Shown one piece after another: positions 19,192 through 29,777 of a stretch of 64,000 nucleotides of DNA. The notes under the pieces were generated by a model, which did not search any database, had not been told where the DNA came from, and saw only the letters and a list, made by a program, of their open reading frames with translations. The position numbers and the translations under genes are program-made. Source of the DNA: an uncultured delta proteobacterium (GTDB lineage Bacteria; Desulfobacterota; Binatia; JACPRU01); the NCBI GenBank assembly GCA_963745025.1, contig CAVUWD010000016.1:288001-352000 (forward strand), given 5' to 3'. Every line of letters starts with the position of its first letter. Position 1 is the first letter of the stretch.

Positions 19192-20802
19192 TCACCACTC
19201 GGGCCACCACCATCGCCACTGCCACCAGCGACGGCTCTTGGTTTCGGCCGCCGCCGCGTCGACGTCGCGCGCGCGCGCCTCGGGTGGGAGCAGGCTTCCC
19301 CAATACGTGCGCGCGCGCATTTCGTCGCGCGTTTCCTCTGGGATGAAGTCTTGGCCGTTACGGATCTCCCATCCGCCACCGAGCGCCTTGTTGAGCGCGA
19401 TCACGCTGAGCGCGACCGCGCCGCGGATCGAGGCGAGTAGGTCTTCCTCGCGGAGCTTTGATTGTTGCGCGTTGAGGACCGACGTGAAGTCGGTTGCACC
19501 TTCGCGATACTGCACCCCCGATATCTCGACGGCGCGCTCGGCAGCCGCCACGCTCTCGGCCAGTAGCTCCACCTGCTGGCTGCCGCGCAGATAGCCGACC
19601 AGCGCGTCCTCGACCTCCTGCTGCGCGGTGAGCACCGTGTTCGCGTAGGAGACGGCGAGCTCCTGAAACGTGGCATCCTGGAGCCGCACGTCGTTCACCA
19701 AGCGCCCGTAATTCAGGATCGGCCAGTTGAACGCGGGACCCGTCGACGCCTCGAACGAACGGCCCTCGAAGAAGTTGGCGGCGTCTTCAGCGCGCAGGCC
19801 GATCGAGCCGACGAGCTGGAAGGAGGGAAGGAGGTCGGCCGTCGAAACGCCGATGCGTGCGCTCTGCGCTGCCGCGGCCCGTTCGGCGCGGCGGACGTCG
19901 GGCCGCCGACGCAACAGGTCGGCTGGAATGCCGACGGCCATGGTCGCAGGGACGTGCGGGACGTGGCCCTCGCCGCCGACTTGCTGCGCGAGCTCGCTCG
20001 GCGGCAAGCCGAGGAGCACGCAGAGCGAGTCGACGGATTGGCGCATCTCGATGCCGAGCTGCGGAATCGTCGCCTCGGTGTCCTTCAGCAGGGCGGTCGC
20101 TTGCTGGACGTCGAGCTCCGACGTGCCGCCCGCCTCGAAGCGCACGCGGGCGATCTCGAGGCTGTTGCGCTGCACGCGCACGTTGTCGCGGGCGACGGCG
20201 AGACGCTCGTCGAGCACGCGGATCCGCACGTACGTGGCGGCGACCTCGGCGATGAGGCTGACCAGCACATCGTCGTAACCGGCCACGGCGGCGAGGAGAT
20301 CTGAATCCGCCGCTTCGATCGCGCGGCGGAATTTCCCCCAAAGGTCGAGTTCCCACACGGTGTCGAAACCGGCCTGCCAGGTATCGAAGGCACGGGGCCC
20401 GATCTGGCTGAACGCTGCGTTGGTGCTGCGCTCATTCGAGGTATAGCCGCCGCGCAACGCCTGTTGCTGCGGAAAGAAATCGCCGATGGCCACGGCGCGG
20501 CGCGCTTGTGCCTGGAGGACGCGGAGCCCGGCGGCGCGCAGCGAAAGATTTTGCTGGTAGGCGGCGTCGACGAGCCCGCTGAGCACTGGGTCCTGGAAGG
20601 CGTCCCACCAGCGCTCCGCGCTCACGGGTTCGGTACGAACCCCCGGTTGCTGCGCTTCGATCCAGCTTCCGCTCGTCGGCGCCGCCGGGCGGGCGTAGTC
20701 GGGACCGACGCTGCAGCCGCACGCAAGGAAAACGAGGGCCGCGCCGATGCTCGTCCGTTCGGCATACGTCCGCCAATCGCGCCTATTCGCTGTCGCCGGC
20801 AT
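19192..20802 (-). CDS. NodT/OprM-family outer membrane efflux lipoprotein
   Basis: CGCSVGPDY, WELDLWGK, PADLLRRRPDVRRAER, KALGGGW. Confidence 0.93.
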   Translation of the reverse strand: MPATANRRDWRTYAERTSIGAALVFLACGCSVGPDYARPAAPTSGSWIEAQQPGVRTEPVSAERWWDAFQDPVLSGLVDAAYQQNLSLRAAGLRVLQAQARRAVAIGDFFPQQQALRGGYTSNERSTNAAFSQIGPRAFDTWQAGFDTVWELDLWGKFRRAIEAADSDLLAAVAGYDDVLVSLIAEVAATYVRIRVLDERLAVARDNVRVQRNSLEIARVRFEAGGTSELDVQQATALLKDTEATIPQLGIEMRQSVDSLCVLLGLPPSELAQQVGGEGHVPHVPATMAVGIPADLLRRRPDVRRAERAAAAQSARIGVSTADLLPSFQLVGSIGLRAEDAANFFEGRSFEASTGPAFNWPILNYGRLVNDVRLQDATFQELAVSYANTVLTAQQEVEDALVGYLRGSQQVELLAESVAAAERAVEISGVQYREGATDFTSVLNAQQSKLREEDLLASIRGAVALSVIALNKALGGGWEIRNGQDFIPEETRDEMRARTYWGSLLPPEARARDVDAAAAETKSRRWWQWRWWWPEW

Positions 20803-20879
20803 CGACCGGGGATCTCTACCGCACCGCGACAGCCGATGTAAGTGCGAGTCGCCGCCGCCGCGGATGGTGGCTCGCTCGG

Positions 20880-20960
20880 CTACTGCGTGAGGAAGCTCGT
20901 CACCGCTTCGACGAATGCCTCCCGCTGCTCGAGCATCGCCAGATGGCGGTGCCGGTGCCG
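20880..20960 (-). pseudogene. 3' remnant of an alpha/beta hydrolase
   Basis: (GTG)HLAMLEQREAFVEAVTSFLTQ* resembles the catalytic-His C-terminus; no upstream gene body. Confidence 0.5.
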
Positions 20961-21003
20961 TTCGTCCGGTAGCGCGTCGGTCTTGGCAACCGAAGATTTC
21001 GGC

Positions 21004-21168
21004 AAGCCGCGAATCAGCGGTCTCTGGCAAGGTGCCGCCCGACGTCGTAAGCTCCCATTCTCGGAATGGGTGAAGCTCGACCCGGAGCACATCGAGAGTT
21101 GTTCGTTGGCCCTCGATCTTCGGATCTTGCTGTCGACCGTGGCGATCCTCGGAAAAGGAGCGCAATGA
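21004..21168 (+). pseudogene. 3' remnant of a bacterial sugar transferase (WcaJ-like)
   Basis: KPRISGLWQ...PFSEWVKLD.EHIE..SLALDLRILLST...KGA, a degenerate KPGITGLWQ...W..LD..YI..WSL.LDL.IL. Confidence 0.65.
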
Positions 21169-21395
21169 AGAGGAAGATCGCACTGTTGCTCGCATGGATC
21201 GCCGTTGCGGCCCCCGTGCTGGCCGCCGAGGAGCCTGAGTCGCGGCGAAAAGAGTCAGAGACCTACGAGAGCCCCGTTCTTTCGCTTCTGCTGCTGCCGG
21301 TCAACGTGCTGATCAAGATCTCGTCCGTGTTCGGCCCCGGTGAGACCGACAAGTCACCTCGCGACTCTCGTCCCGCGGGCAGCTCGTCGAAGTAA
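21165..21395 (+). CDS. Small exported hypothetical protein
   Basis: AAAGGAG RBS; signal peptide MKRKIALLLAWIAVAAPVLA. Confidence 0.65.
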   Translation: MKRKIALLLAWIAVAAPVLAAEEPESRRKESETYESPVLSLLLLPVNVLIKISSVFGPGETDKSPRDSRPAGSSSK

Positions 21396-21559
21396 GCCTC
21401 CGCCACGCGCGGACAGGTGCGCGCCGTGCTCGTCGGTCTCGTTTTGCTCGGTCCGGTAGATCAGGGAGAGGTGGGGGCTGATGGATCGCGCCGGGGGCTC
21501 TGGCGAGTCCGTCGCTGCAGGTCGCGGTGATCCGCTATCGCCAGCGTCAGCCCCGAGGA

Positions 21560-22489
21560 CTAACGTGGCGTCGGCGTCGGTGCGGGGGTCGGCGACAGAC
21601 GCTCGATCGTCGATGCGTCGATGCCGAAGCTGGTCTCGTTGCCCTGGACCTGGACGCCGTCGCCGCCGTTCAGCTCGTTACACTGGAGCGACGTGCCGTC
21701 CTGGTCGCTGATCTTGGTCGTGGAGTTCAGGTTGACCTGAACGTTGCCTCCCGCGTTCTGCGCTACGGTCAAGTTCGTCGGGCAATCGAGGGAAGCGATC
21801 GTGCCTTCGAGCGTCGCCGGCGTCGGGGTCGCGTTCGTCGCCGGACTCACTTGGATTAGCGCTGCCTCCACGTCGCCTCTTGAATCCACGGTGCCCTGGA
21901 CCTGAGCCGTCGGTCCCGTCGAGAGATCGCCGCAGCCCAGAGGTACTCCGTCTTGGCCGACCAGCACCGTCGAAGACTGGAGGCGAACCCGGAAGGGCAC
22001 CTGCTCGCCCGAGAGTACCTGCAGGAGATTTCCCTGGCAGTCGATGCCCGTGATCGGTCCCTCGAAGGAAATTCGCTCCTGCGAGACGGTGATCTCTGCG
22101 CCGCTTAGATCCACGTCGATGAGATCGAGCTCGCCGCCCGCCGGAAGCGTGACGGCGAGCGTAGCGTCGGCACCGTTGCCCGCGAACCGCAGAAGGGACT
22201 GGCCGAACTGGTTGCCCTGCAACCGGAAGAACCCGTTGCTGTCGGTCGTCGTGGTATTGCTCGACAACTGGATCGACACGGCGATACCCGGCACCTGGGC
22301 CACGGCTTCCGGAAGCGTCCAGGCCCGCACCAGCTGCCACAGCCTGCCGAGGCCATGGCGCGCGGTACCCGCCGACGCCGAGCGTACGTTGCCGGTGACG
22401 ATGGTGGGCGGCCGTCCGCTGGAGCCTCCACTGCAGCCTGCCACGAGCGGCGCGGAGAGCGAAAGCAACACGAAGACCGGGAGGTTCAT
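21560..22489 (-). CDS. Lipoprotein with two DUF5666-like beta-barrel repeats
   Basis: Lipobox VAGC; two EG.I..xDC...T.....G..L.C..L..G....VQG repeats; PT-rich tails. Confidence 0.7.
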   Translation of the reverse strand: MNLPVFVLLSLSAPLVAGCSGGSSGRPPTIVTGNVRSASAGTARHGLGRLWQLVRAWTLPEAVAQVPGIAVSIQLSSNTTTTDSNGFFRLQGNQFGQSLLRFAGNGADATLAVTLPAGGELDLIDVDLSGAEITVSQERISFEGPITGIDCQGNLLQVLSGEQVPFRVRLQSSTVLVGQDGVPLGCGDLSTGPTAQVQGTVDSRGDVEAALIQVSPATNATPTPATLEGTIASLDCPTNLTVAQNAGGNVQVNLNSTTKISDQDGTSLQCNELNGGDGVQVQGNETSFGIDASTIERLSPTPAPTPTPR

Positions 22490-22603
22490 TCGGTGCATCC
22501 CGTCTCTCGTAGCCGATGAATCCGCAAGCCTCAACACTTTTGAGGGGTAGGCAGCAACATTCCGCCTGGTTCGCGACGGCAGAGCCGCGCCCAACCGGAA
22601 CAT

Positions 22604-25600
22604 TTACGACGTGGTCAATGTCCCTGCCTCGAGGGGCGAGAACGTACGGGGACCCACACGGCCCCAGCCGACGGCTCTTCCCTGGATGGCGCGCAGGATG
22701 GCACGGAAGAGCACGAGATCCATGAGTTGTCGATAGTAGAAGCGCTGGAACGGCAGCGAGACGAGCAGCGACCAATCCTCGTCGCGCTCCAGAGTGAAGG
22801 CGACCAGGCTCGTCACGAGATCGATCAACAGGAACACTGCGAAGAAAAGGACCGCGCGCTCGACGTCTCCCGGCGTCCAGAACTGGAGGAACGGTCCGAT
22901 GTGTGCGCGCGCGAGGGCCCAGAGCACGATCGATCCGAAGAACAACAGGTCGACGACCGGGCAGAAGAGCGGCAACACGATCTGGAAGAGCAGGATGTGC
23001 GGTAGCGCCACGCGTCCGAGCGTACCGTAGCGCTCGCGGCCGAAGGCGTCGCGGTGCTTCCAGAGGGCCTGCAGAGTTCCGAAGGTCCAGCGAAAGCGCT
23101 GGCGTACCAGCGCGTCGGAAGTCTCTGGAGCGATGGTGCGGCCGACGGCCTCGTCATCGAAGAGAATGCGCCAACCGTTGCGCCGGATCGTCAACGTCAG
23201 GTCCGTATCCTCGGCGACCGTGTGACGCGAAAACCCTCCGCTCGAGCGAATAACCTCTGTTCGCCAGGCGCCGACCGCGCCGGGCACGACGGTGATGCAG
23301 TTGAGCAGATCGAACGCCCGTTTCTCGAGGTTCTGCCCGCTGATGTACTCGAGCGCTTGCCAGCGCGTCAGCCACCGGCCGCGGTTGGCCACCTTGGTGT
23401 TGCCGGCGACGCCTGCCACGTCGCGATCGACGAAGTGCCGGACGAGCTTCCACATCGTCGTCGAGTCGATCTGCGTGTCGGCATCGATCGTGAGCAGGAT
23501 TTCACCCCCTGCCTCGGCAACCGCACGGTTCAGCGCCGCGGATTTTCCTTGGTTCGGTTGGCGGAAGAGCCGCACGCGCGGGTCGCGCGCGAATTGGGCC
23601 TCGACGATCGCGCTGGTCGCGTCTCGCGACCCGTCGTCGACGACGATCACCTCGAAGTTGGCGTAGTCCGACCGGAGCACCGAAGCGAGAGTGGAGGCGA
23701 TCACCCCCTCCTCGTCGTAGGCGGGTATGAGAACGCTCACTCGAGGCCGGAATCCCGCCGCTGGAACGGGGGCTCGTCGGCGTCTGTGCAAAACCGCGAG
23801 AGTCACGACGGCAAGCGATCGCACGGCGATCAAAACGATCGCCGTCAGGCATACCGCGGCGACGCCGAGGCGCAACCCGCGAAACGCATCGAAGACGAGC
23901 ATGTTGGCACGCGCCATCCAACGATCGATCCGCCCGAGACGCGGCATCGTCTCGTCGCGTGTCTCGCCGAGCAGCGTCGAAACGGCGACGAGCTCGAAGC
24001 CCGCGCCGCGAAGCCCATCGATCAAGCGGGGCAGGGCGGCCATCGTGCTCTGCCGATCCCCTCCGCCGTCGTGCATCAGAACGACGTGGCCGTCTCCCTC
24101 GCGCGCCTGCTCGATCACCGTGGCGACGATCTCGTCGGCGCTCGGCGGCGCCTCGTGGTCCCCGTCGCCCCAATCATTGGCGTCGATCTGCGAGCCGACG
24201 ATGCTGTAGCCGAGTTGCTGGGCGTAGCGCAGACGTTCCAGACCTCCGGACGACACGGCCTGATCGTCGACCCCGTAGGGAGGCCGAAAGAGCCGTGTGC
24301 TGACGCCGAGCCAGCTCTGGATCAGCCGCTGGGTTAGCATGAGCTCGAGCTTCAACTGCGAGGGGGACATCTCCTCGAGGTCGGTATGCGTGTAGGTGTG
24401 ATTCCCGATCTCGTGTCCCTCGGCGTAGATTCGCTCCAGCAGTCGCGGCGACTGATACGCGGCGATGCCCGTCACGAAGAACGTGGCCACGACGTGCTTG
24501 TCGTGTAGTGCCTGCAGAATGCCAGGCGTGAAGCGGGGGTCGGGGCCGTCGTCGAAGGTGAGCGCGATCTTGCCAGGGGCGCCTCCCTGCTGCTCGACTT
24601 GGTAGGGATGCGGATAGCTCGAGAAGCGCTCGTCGACGATCGTTCCCGTGTTCGGATCACGGCGGATGTGGCGGCGGCCCGCCTGCGCGGTGCGCGTAAT
24701 CTTCCAGACGTCGCCCTCACCGACGACCTGGGGAATCTTGTCCGGCGGCACGTTCTGCAGCGCGCGGAGCGCGGTCTCGCGATTCGCGGTTCGGTTCCAT
24801 AGCGACCAGAAAGTAGGGTCTTCGGAGCCGAGTCGCCAGAGCGCGGTGCCGAGTACCTGGGCGGTCTCGGCGGCGTGGATCTGGTTGTGCGCGGTCACCG
24901 CGTCGAGAAGCCACACGCGATGCGTCCGCTTGCTCGCGTCGAGGTACGAAAAGTGTGGATTCAGCGACTGCGAATCGAGAACGAGACCGACGGCGGATGC
25001 CTGCGCCGCGCTGAGCGCGTCGGATACGGTCAGCGATTCCGCCGTCGACGCGCCCGGCGCGCCTTCGACCCAGTCGTAGGCGTAGTTCGCCACGCCGACT
25101 ACGAGCTTTTCAGCGGGGATGGATTCGAGCGCCTTTTCGAGGTTGGCGGCGAACCAATTCTGCGCAGCGATCGGCCCCGGGGGAGAGCTTTCCCAGTGTT
25201 GGTCGTAGTTCATCAACACCACCGCATCGCAGACGCGGCCGAAAAACGCGTAGTCGTAGTCCGGGTCCATGGCGGGGAGCGCCATGAGAAGCCGGCGTCC
25301 GTGCCCGTGAAGCCGGGTCGCGAGCTCGCTGGCGAATGCTCGGAGAGCCGGCTGAGCCGCCGCGGGCACGTCTTCGAAATCGACGACGAGGCCAGCGGAG
25401 CGATGCTCGACGGCGTAGCGGTCGAGGTCGGTGACCAGAGTCCGACGCGATTCGACGCGGTCGAGCACGCCGCCGAGCTCCGCGCCACGCCAAGCCGTGC
25501 CCTCGAAATTGTCGACGAGCGGGGTCACGGCGATTCCTCCTCCGTTCTCCCGCAACCATCCGGTGAGCTCGGCATCTGAGTCTGCGATACATGACCGTCG

Positions 25601-25971
25601 CGCGAGGTCGCGTGCAGTAGCGCCGGCGCCAGCACGTCGAGATCCTGATGATGCTCTTTGAGCGAGCGCAGGCTCGTCGCATCGTCGCTGACGTAGAAGC
25701 CGATTCGCAAGGGGGACGCCGTGCCGCCGGCATGGGGCGCCGGCCATCGCAGGGTGCCCCCTGTGGCGCTGCGCCCGGCGGGCAGCATGAGTGCGTCCGA
25801 CTCATTCGCTCCCGGCGAATCCTGCGGCAGCTCCGGCCCTTCGAACACCGCAAACGCAAACACCGAGAGCAACAAGGCCGCGGCGACGGCGGCGACGGAC
25901 AGGACACCACACGTCCGGCGCCAGCGCTTCTCGCGCTCGTCGAAGAAGATCGCCTTGGTCTCGCTGCTCAT
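22604..25971 (-). CDS. GH18-like + NodB polysaccharide deacetylase + GT2 multidomain protein (one frameshift near 25590)
   Basis: GLVVDFE and MNYDQH (GH18); TFDDGP, GNHTYTH, FRPPYG, LMHDGGG (CE4); DDGS, DAD, AED, QRFRW (processive GT2); N-terminus in ORF 25525-25971. Confidence 0.9.
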
Positions 25972-26224
25972 CGAGTGTGGAGGGTGTCGACGAGTCGTAA
26001 ATGCCGGTCGCCGACCGACGGGTCAACAAGGGACGATTGACGACCGCGGCGGTGGCGATCGAAACTCGCCAGGCGGAGCTGACCCGCGAGCGCTGCGACA
26101 TCTTCAAGCCGGACTTCGCGACCGATCTCGACCTCGTTTTCGAGACGCCTGATGCGAAAGTCCGCTCGCTGTCGTGCCATGGCCACGCGCACGGATCGCC
26201 GTGCGGGGTGGATTGATCCGTTGC

Positions 26225-27667
26225 TCAGGTGGTTTCCCCGAGTTTCGGCTCGATCGGGCTCGCGGACGCCGCTGGCGTGCGTAGCGAAGCGGCGCGTGGC
26301 AAGCGGAACCGGAAGGTGGATCCTCGCTCCGGAACGCTCTCGACCTCGAGGCGGCCACCGTGACGCGCGATCAGATCCCTGCAAACCAGGAGCCCGAGTC
26401 CGGTCCCGGGCTCCCCGCTCGTACCCGGTGTCGAGCGTTGACCGGAACCGTCGAAGAGATGCTCGAGCGCCCCGGGCGCGATCCCGACGCCGTTGTCGAT
26501 GACTTCGATGACGACGGACTCGGCTTCGGCGCGGGCGCGGACGTCGACGTGCCCGCCGGGGTAGGTGAACTTGACTCCGTTGCCGATCAGGTTGCGCAGA
26601 ATCGCTTCGAGCATGACCGCGTCTGCCGAGACCGCGAGGCCGGCGACGTTGCTCTGAACGCGCACGCCCTTCGTCGCCGCGGTCGGGGCGATGTCGTCGA
26701 TGGCCCGTCGCACGTGCTCCGCGAGGTCCTGCGGCGCCGGCGCGAAGCTCACTCGATTCATCTGCAGCCTCGTCCAGTGGAGCAGGTTTTCGAGCAGGCG
26801 AAAGACCCGCCTGCCGCTTTCGTGCATCGCTCGGCTGTAGCGTTCTACCTCGTCCGCGCTGAGATCGTGTGCCTCCTCGGCGAGCATGCTGGAATACCCG
26901 AGCAGCACGTTGAACGGGCCGCGGAGATCGTGCGCGATGATCGAGAACAGCCGGTCCTTCTGTTCTTCGGACGCCTTACGCCGCTTGACTTCGAGCTCGA
27001 GCGTGGCGTTGGCACGCTGCTCCTCGAGGATCTTCGTGTAGTCCATTCGGCGAAGCGCATGCAGGTGCGATGCGAGGAGCATGCCGAGCGCGTTCGCCAA
27101 GGCGAGAAACATGGTGCGGGAGACCATCTGGCCGGCGGATGTCGTGCCGACCAGAGCTGGCAACGAAAGGTCGACCGCCGCACTCATCCAGCCGACGGCG
27201 AGCTTCGCTCGAAAACGGTTCGGCAGGAAGAGGTAGACACCCGCCACCATGACCATTTGCGAGGCCAGCAGGAACTCGTCGCGGCGGAGCTCCGGCGGTC
27301 CGTGTTCGATGATTCCGAAAATCACGAAGGAGCCGAGCTCGACGGCGATCGCGAACAGGATCGAGATGCGGTCCATCGTAGCCGGATCTTGGACGGTGCG
27401 GAGCCGGCGGAAGCAAGCGATGCCGGCGAGCAACACGGCAGCGCGATCTCCAACGGCCCAGTAGAATTTCGGACCTAGGCCCGCAGCGGCAAAATCGGCG
27501 ATGAAGAAAGAAGCGTAGAGCAACGCAATGGCGAGAACCGTCCCCCGGAAGATGCGTAGATCCTCGGTGAACGCCCAGCGGCGAAATTGTCGTTCTGCGG
27601 CTTCGTCGGGGAACTCGCCGCTCCAGCGATTGACGGCGAAACCGGCACGTTCCTCTTCGGTCGTCAT
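26225..27667 (-). CDS. Membrane sensor histidine kinase
   Basis: About 6 TM segments; H-box AHDLRGP, N-box NLIGNGVKF, G-boxes DNGVG and GTGLGL. Confidence 0.92.
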   Translation of the reverse strand: MTTEEERAGFAVNRWSGEFPDEAAERQFRRWAFTEDLRIFRGTVLAIALLYASFFIADFAAAGLGPKFYWAVGDRAAVLLAGIACFRRLRTVQDPATMDRISILFAIAVELGSFVIFGIIEHGPPELRRDEFLLASQMVMVAGVYLFLPNRFRAKLAVGWMSAAVDLSLPALVGTTSAGQMVSRTMFLALANALGMLLASHLHALRRMDYTKILEEQRANATLELEVKRRKASEEQKDRLFSIIAHDLRGPFNVLLGYSSMLAEEAHDLSADEVERYSRAMHESGRRVFRLLENLLHWTRLQMNRVSFAPAPQDLAEHVRRAIDDIAPTAATKGVRVQSNVAGLAVSADAVMLEAILRNLIGNGVKFTYPGGHVDVRARAEAESVVIEVIDNGVGIAPGALEHLFDGSGQRSTPGTSGEPGTGLGLLVCRDLIARHGGRLEVESVPERGSTFRFRLPRAASLRTPAASASPIEPKLGETT

Positions 27668-27812
27668 GCTATACCCGAGCGCAATGTAGCATGGAGAACA
27701 CAGCGACAAGGAGAAGCCCCGAACGCCGTGGTTCGGGTCGGTCGAAATTCGCGGCGCCCGGCAGGAAAGCGCGTTGCGAACGGTAGCCGCCAACGGCTAG
27801 TCTGAAGCGGTC

Positions 27813-29549
27813 ATGGCGGATCCCATTAGTTCCGGGACGGGTATGGAAAGGGCCGCTCCGCCGCGGCTCGGGGAGCTGCTGGTCAAGCGCGGGATCATCA
27901 CCGCCGACCAACTGATCGCGGTGGCGACCGAGCAGCGCAAACACGGCGGGCATTTCGCCGCCGCCCTGGTCCGACTCGGCGTCATCTCCGAGGACCACCT
28001 CATCACCTGTCTCCACCAGGAATACCGGCTCGCGGTCATCGATCCGATGAGTGCCGAGCCGAGCCCCGACGTGCTGCATCTGATTCCACATGTCCTGGCT
28101 CGCAAGCACGAGATTCTGCCGATCGGCTTGTTGGGCTCGACGCTCACTCTGGCGATGGCAGATCCCTCCAACATCGCGGGCCTGAACGAAGTGAAATTTC
28201 TCACCGGGTGCGACGTCAAGGTGGTTCTGGCCGCGCCCCGCGCCATCGAGAAGGCCATTCAGAAGCATTACAGCCTGAGCGCGAAGGCCTACGAGGAGGT
28301 GTTCGCCAGGCTCGAAGTCGACAAGCCCGCTCGCGGCGAGATCGACCGCGACCAGCTGCAGCGCGCGAGCGAGGAGGCGCCGGTCGTCAAGCTGCTCTCC
28401 ACGCTGATGGCGGACGCCATCGACAAGCAAGCGAGCGACATTCACCTGGAGCCGTACGAAGGGCGACTCCGCGTACGCTTCCGCGTCGACGGCGTGCTGC
28501 AAGAGATCATGGAGCCGCCGACCCGGCTGAAGGCGGCCCTCGTTTCCCGCATCAAGGTGATGGCGGCGCTCGACATCGCCGAGCGCCGGCTGCCCCAGGA
28601 CGGCGTCATCAAGCTCAATGCGAGCGACGGTCGGGAGATCAATTTCCGTGTGTCGATCCTGCCGACGGTCTTCGGCGAGAAGGTCGTGCTTCGGCTTCTC
28701 GCCAAGGGCAATCTCGAGCTCGACCTGACGAAGCTCGGCATGGATGCGCGCTCCTACGATCTCTTCAAGAAGGCGATCTCCGAGCCTTCCGGAATGGTGC
28801 TGGTGACCGGCCCAACGGGAAGCGGCAAGACGACGACCCTCTACTCGGCGCTGGCGGCGCTCAACAAGGCCGAGCGCAACATTTCGTCCGCCGAAGACCC
28901 GGTCGAGATCTATCTCGACGGTGTGAACCAGGTGCAGATCATGGAGGAGATCGGCCTCACGTTCGCCGCCGTGCTGCGCTCGTTTTTGCGCCAGGATCCG
29001 GACGTCCTGATGGTCGGAGAGATTCGCGACTTCGAGACGATCGAGATCGCCATCAAGGCGGCCTTGACCGGCCACCTCGTGCTTTCGACGCTCCATACGA
29101 ACGACGCGGCGGCGACCGTGGGCCGTATGCTCAACATGGGGGTGGACCCGTTCCTGGTCGCGTCGTCTCTGAATCTCGTCGTCGCACAGCGGCTCGCCCG
29201 CGTGATCTGTCGTCACTGCAAGGCCCTCGTCGAGGACTATCCGGTCGAGGCGCTTCGGGACGTCGGGTTGCGCGAGGAAGATCTCGGGTCGCTGAAAATT
29301 TATCGAGGTCGCGGATGCGACGAGTGCGCCAAGACCGGCTACCAGGGGCGACTCGCGTTCTACGAGGTGCTGGCCATGAACGACGAGATGCGGGCGCTGG
29401 TGATCGCGCGTGCGAGCACCGACGATATTCGCAAACATGCGATCGTCGCGGGCATGACCACGCTTCGCGAGGGCGGGCTCGCCAAGGTTCGCGCAGGACG
29501 GACCACGATCGAGGAAGTCTTGCGCGTCACGGCGTCGGAGACGCACTAG
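27813..29549 (+). CDS. pilB: Type IV pilus assembly ATPase PilB/GspE
   Basis: RLGELLV (MshEN-like), ASDIHLEP, GPTGSGKTTTLY, LRQDPD, GHLVLSTLHTN, two CxxC. Confidence 0.93.
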   Translation: MADPISSGTGMERAAPPRLGELLVKRGIITADQLIAVATEQRKHGGHFAAALVRLGVISEDHLITCLHQEYRLAVIDPMSAEPSPDVLHLIPHVLARKHEILPIGLLGSTLTLAMADPSNIAGLNEVKFLTGCDVKVVLAAPRAIEKAIQKHYSLSAKAYEEVFARLEVDKPARGEIDRDQLQRASEEAPVVKLLSTLMADAIDKQASDIHLEPYEGRLRVRFRVDGVLQEIMEPPTRLKAALVSRIKVMAALDIAERRLPQDGVIKLNASDGREINFRVSILPTVFGEKVVLRLLAKGNLELDLTKLGMDARSYDLFKKAISEPSGMVLVTGPTGSGKTTTLYSALAALNKAERNISSAEDPVEIYLDGVNQVQIMEEIGLTFAAVLRSFLRQDPDVLMVGEIRDFETIEIAIKAALTGHLVLSTLHTNDAAATVGRMLNMGVDPFLVASSLNLVVAQRLARVICRHCKALVEDYPVEALRDVGLREEDLGSLKIYRGRGCDECAKTGYQGRLAFYEVLAMNDEMRALVIARASTDDIRKHAIVAGMTTLREGGLAKVRAGRTTIEEVLRVTASETH

Positions 29550-29614
29550 GCGATTCAGCGGCCGGCGTCAGCGCGCTGCCCAAGGCGTCGTCCGTGTGAA
29601 CGACATGCACGTCA

Positions 29615-29676
29615 TGGACACTTTTTGGACACCCTCACACCGCATTGACCAAGCGGTCCTCAGCAAGTATTTGATT
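29615..29676. promoter_or_regulatory. Tandem TGGACAC repeats plus IHF consensus site (att-arm-like) upstream of tRNA-Leu
   Basis: TGGACAC at 29615 and 29626; reverse complement of 29664-29676 is AATCAAATACTTG, matching WATCAAnnnnTTR. Confidence 0.5.
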
Positions 29677-29684
29677 TTCCTCAC

Positions 29685-29768
29685 GCGAGAGTGGCGGAAC
29701 TGGCAGACGCGCAAGACTCAGGATCTTGTGGGGTAACACCTGTGGGGGTTCAAATCCCCCCTCTCGCA
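29685..29768 (+). tRNA. tRNA-Leu(CAG), CCA not encoded
   Basis: Acceptor stem GCGAGAG/CTCTCGC, anticodon arm CAAGA-CTCAGGA-TCTTG, long variable arm, T arm GGGGG-TTCAAAT-CCCCC. Confidence 0.97.
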
Positions 29769-29777
29769 TTAAGTTTT

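Noticed and set aside
26001-26216. 71-aa ORF between the GT2 gene and the kinase
   Set aside because: No recognisable family; possibly a remnant but unsupported
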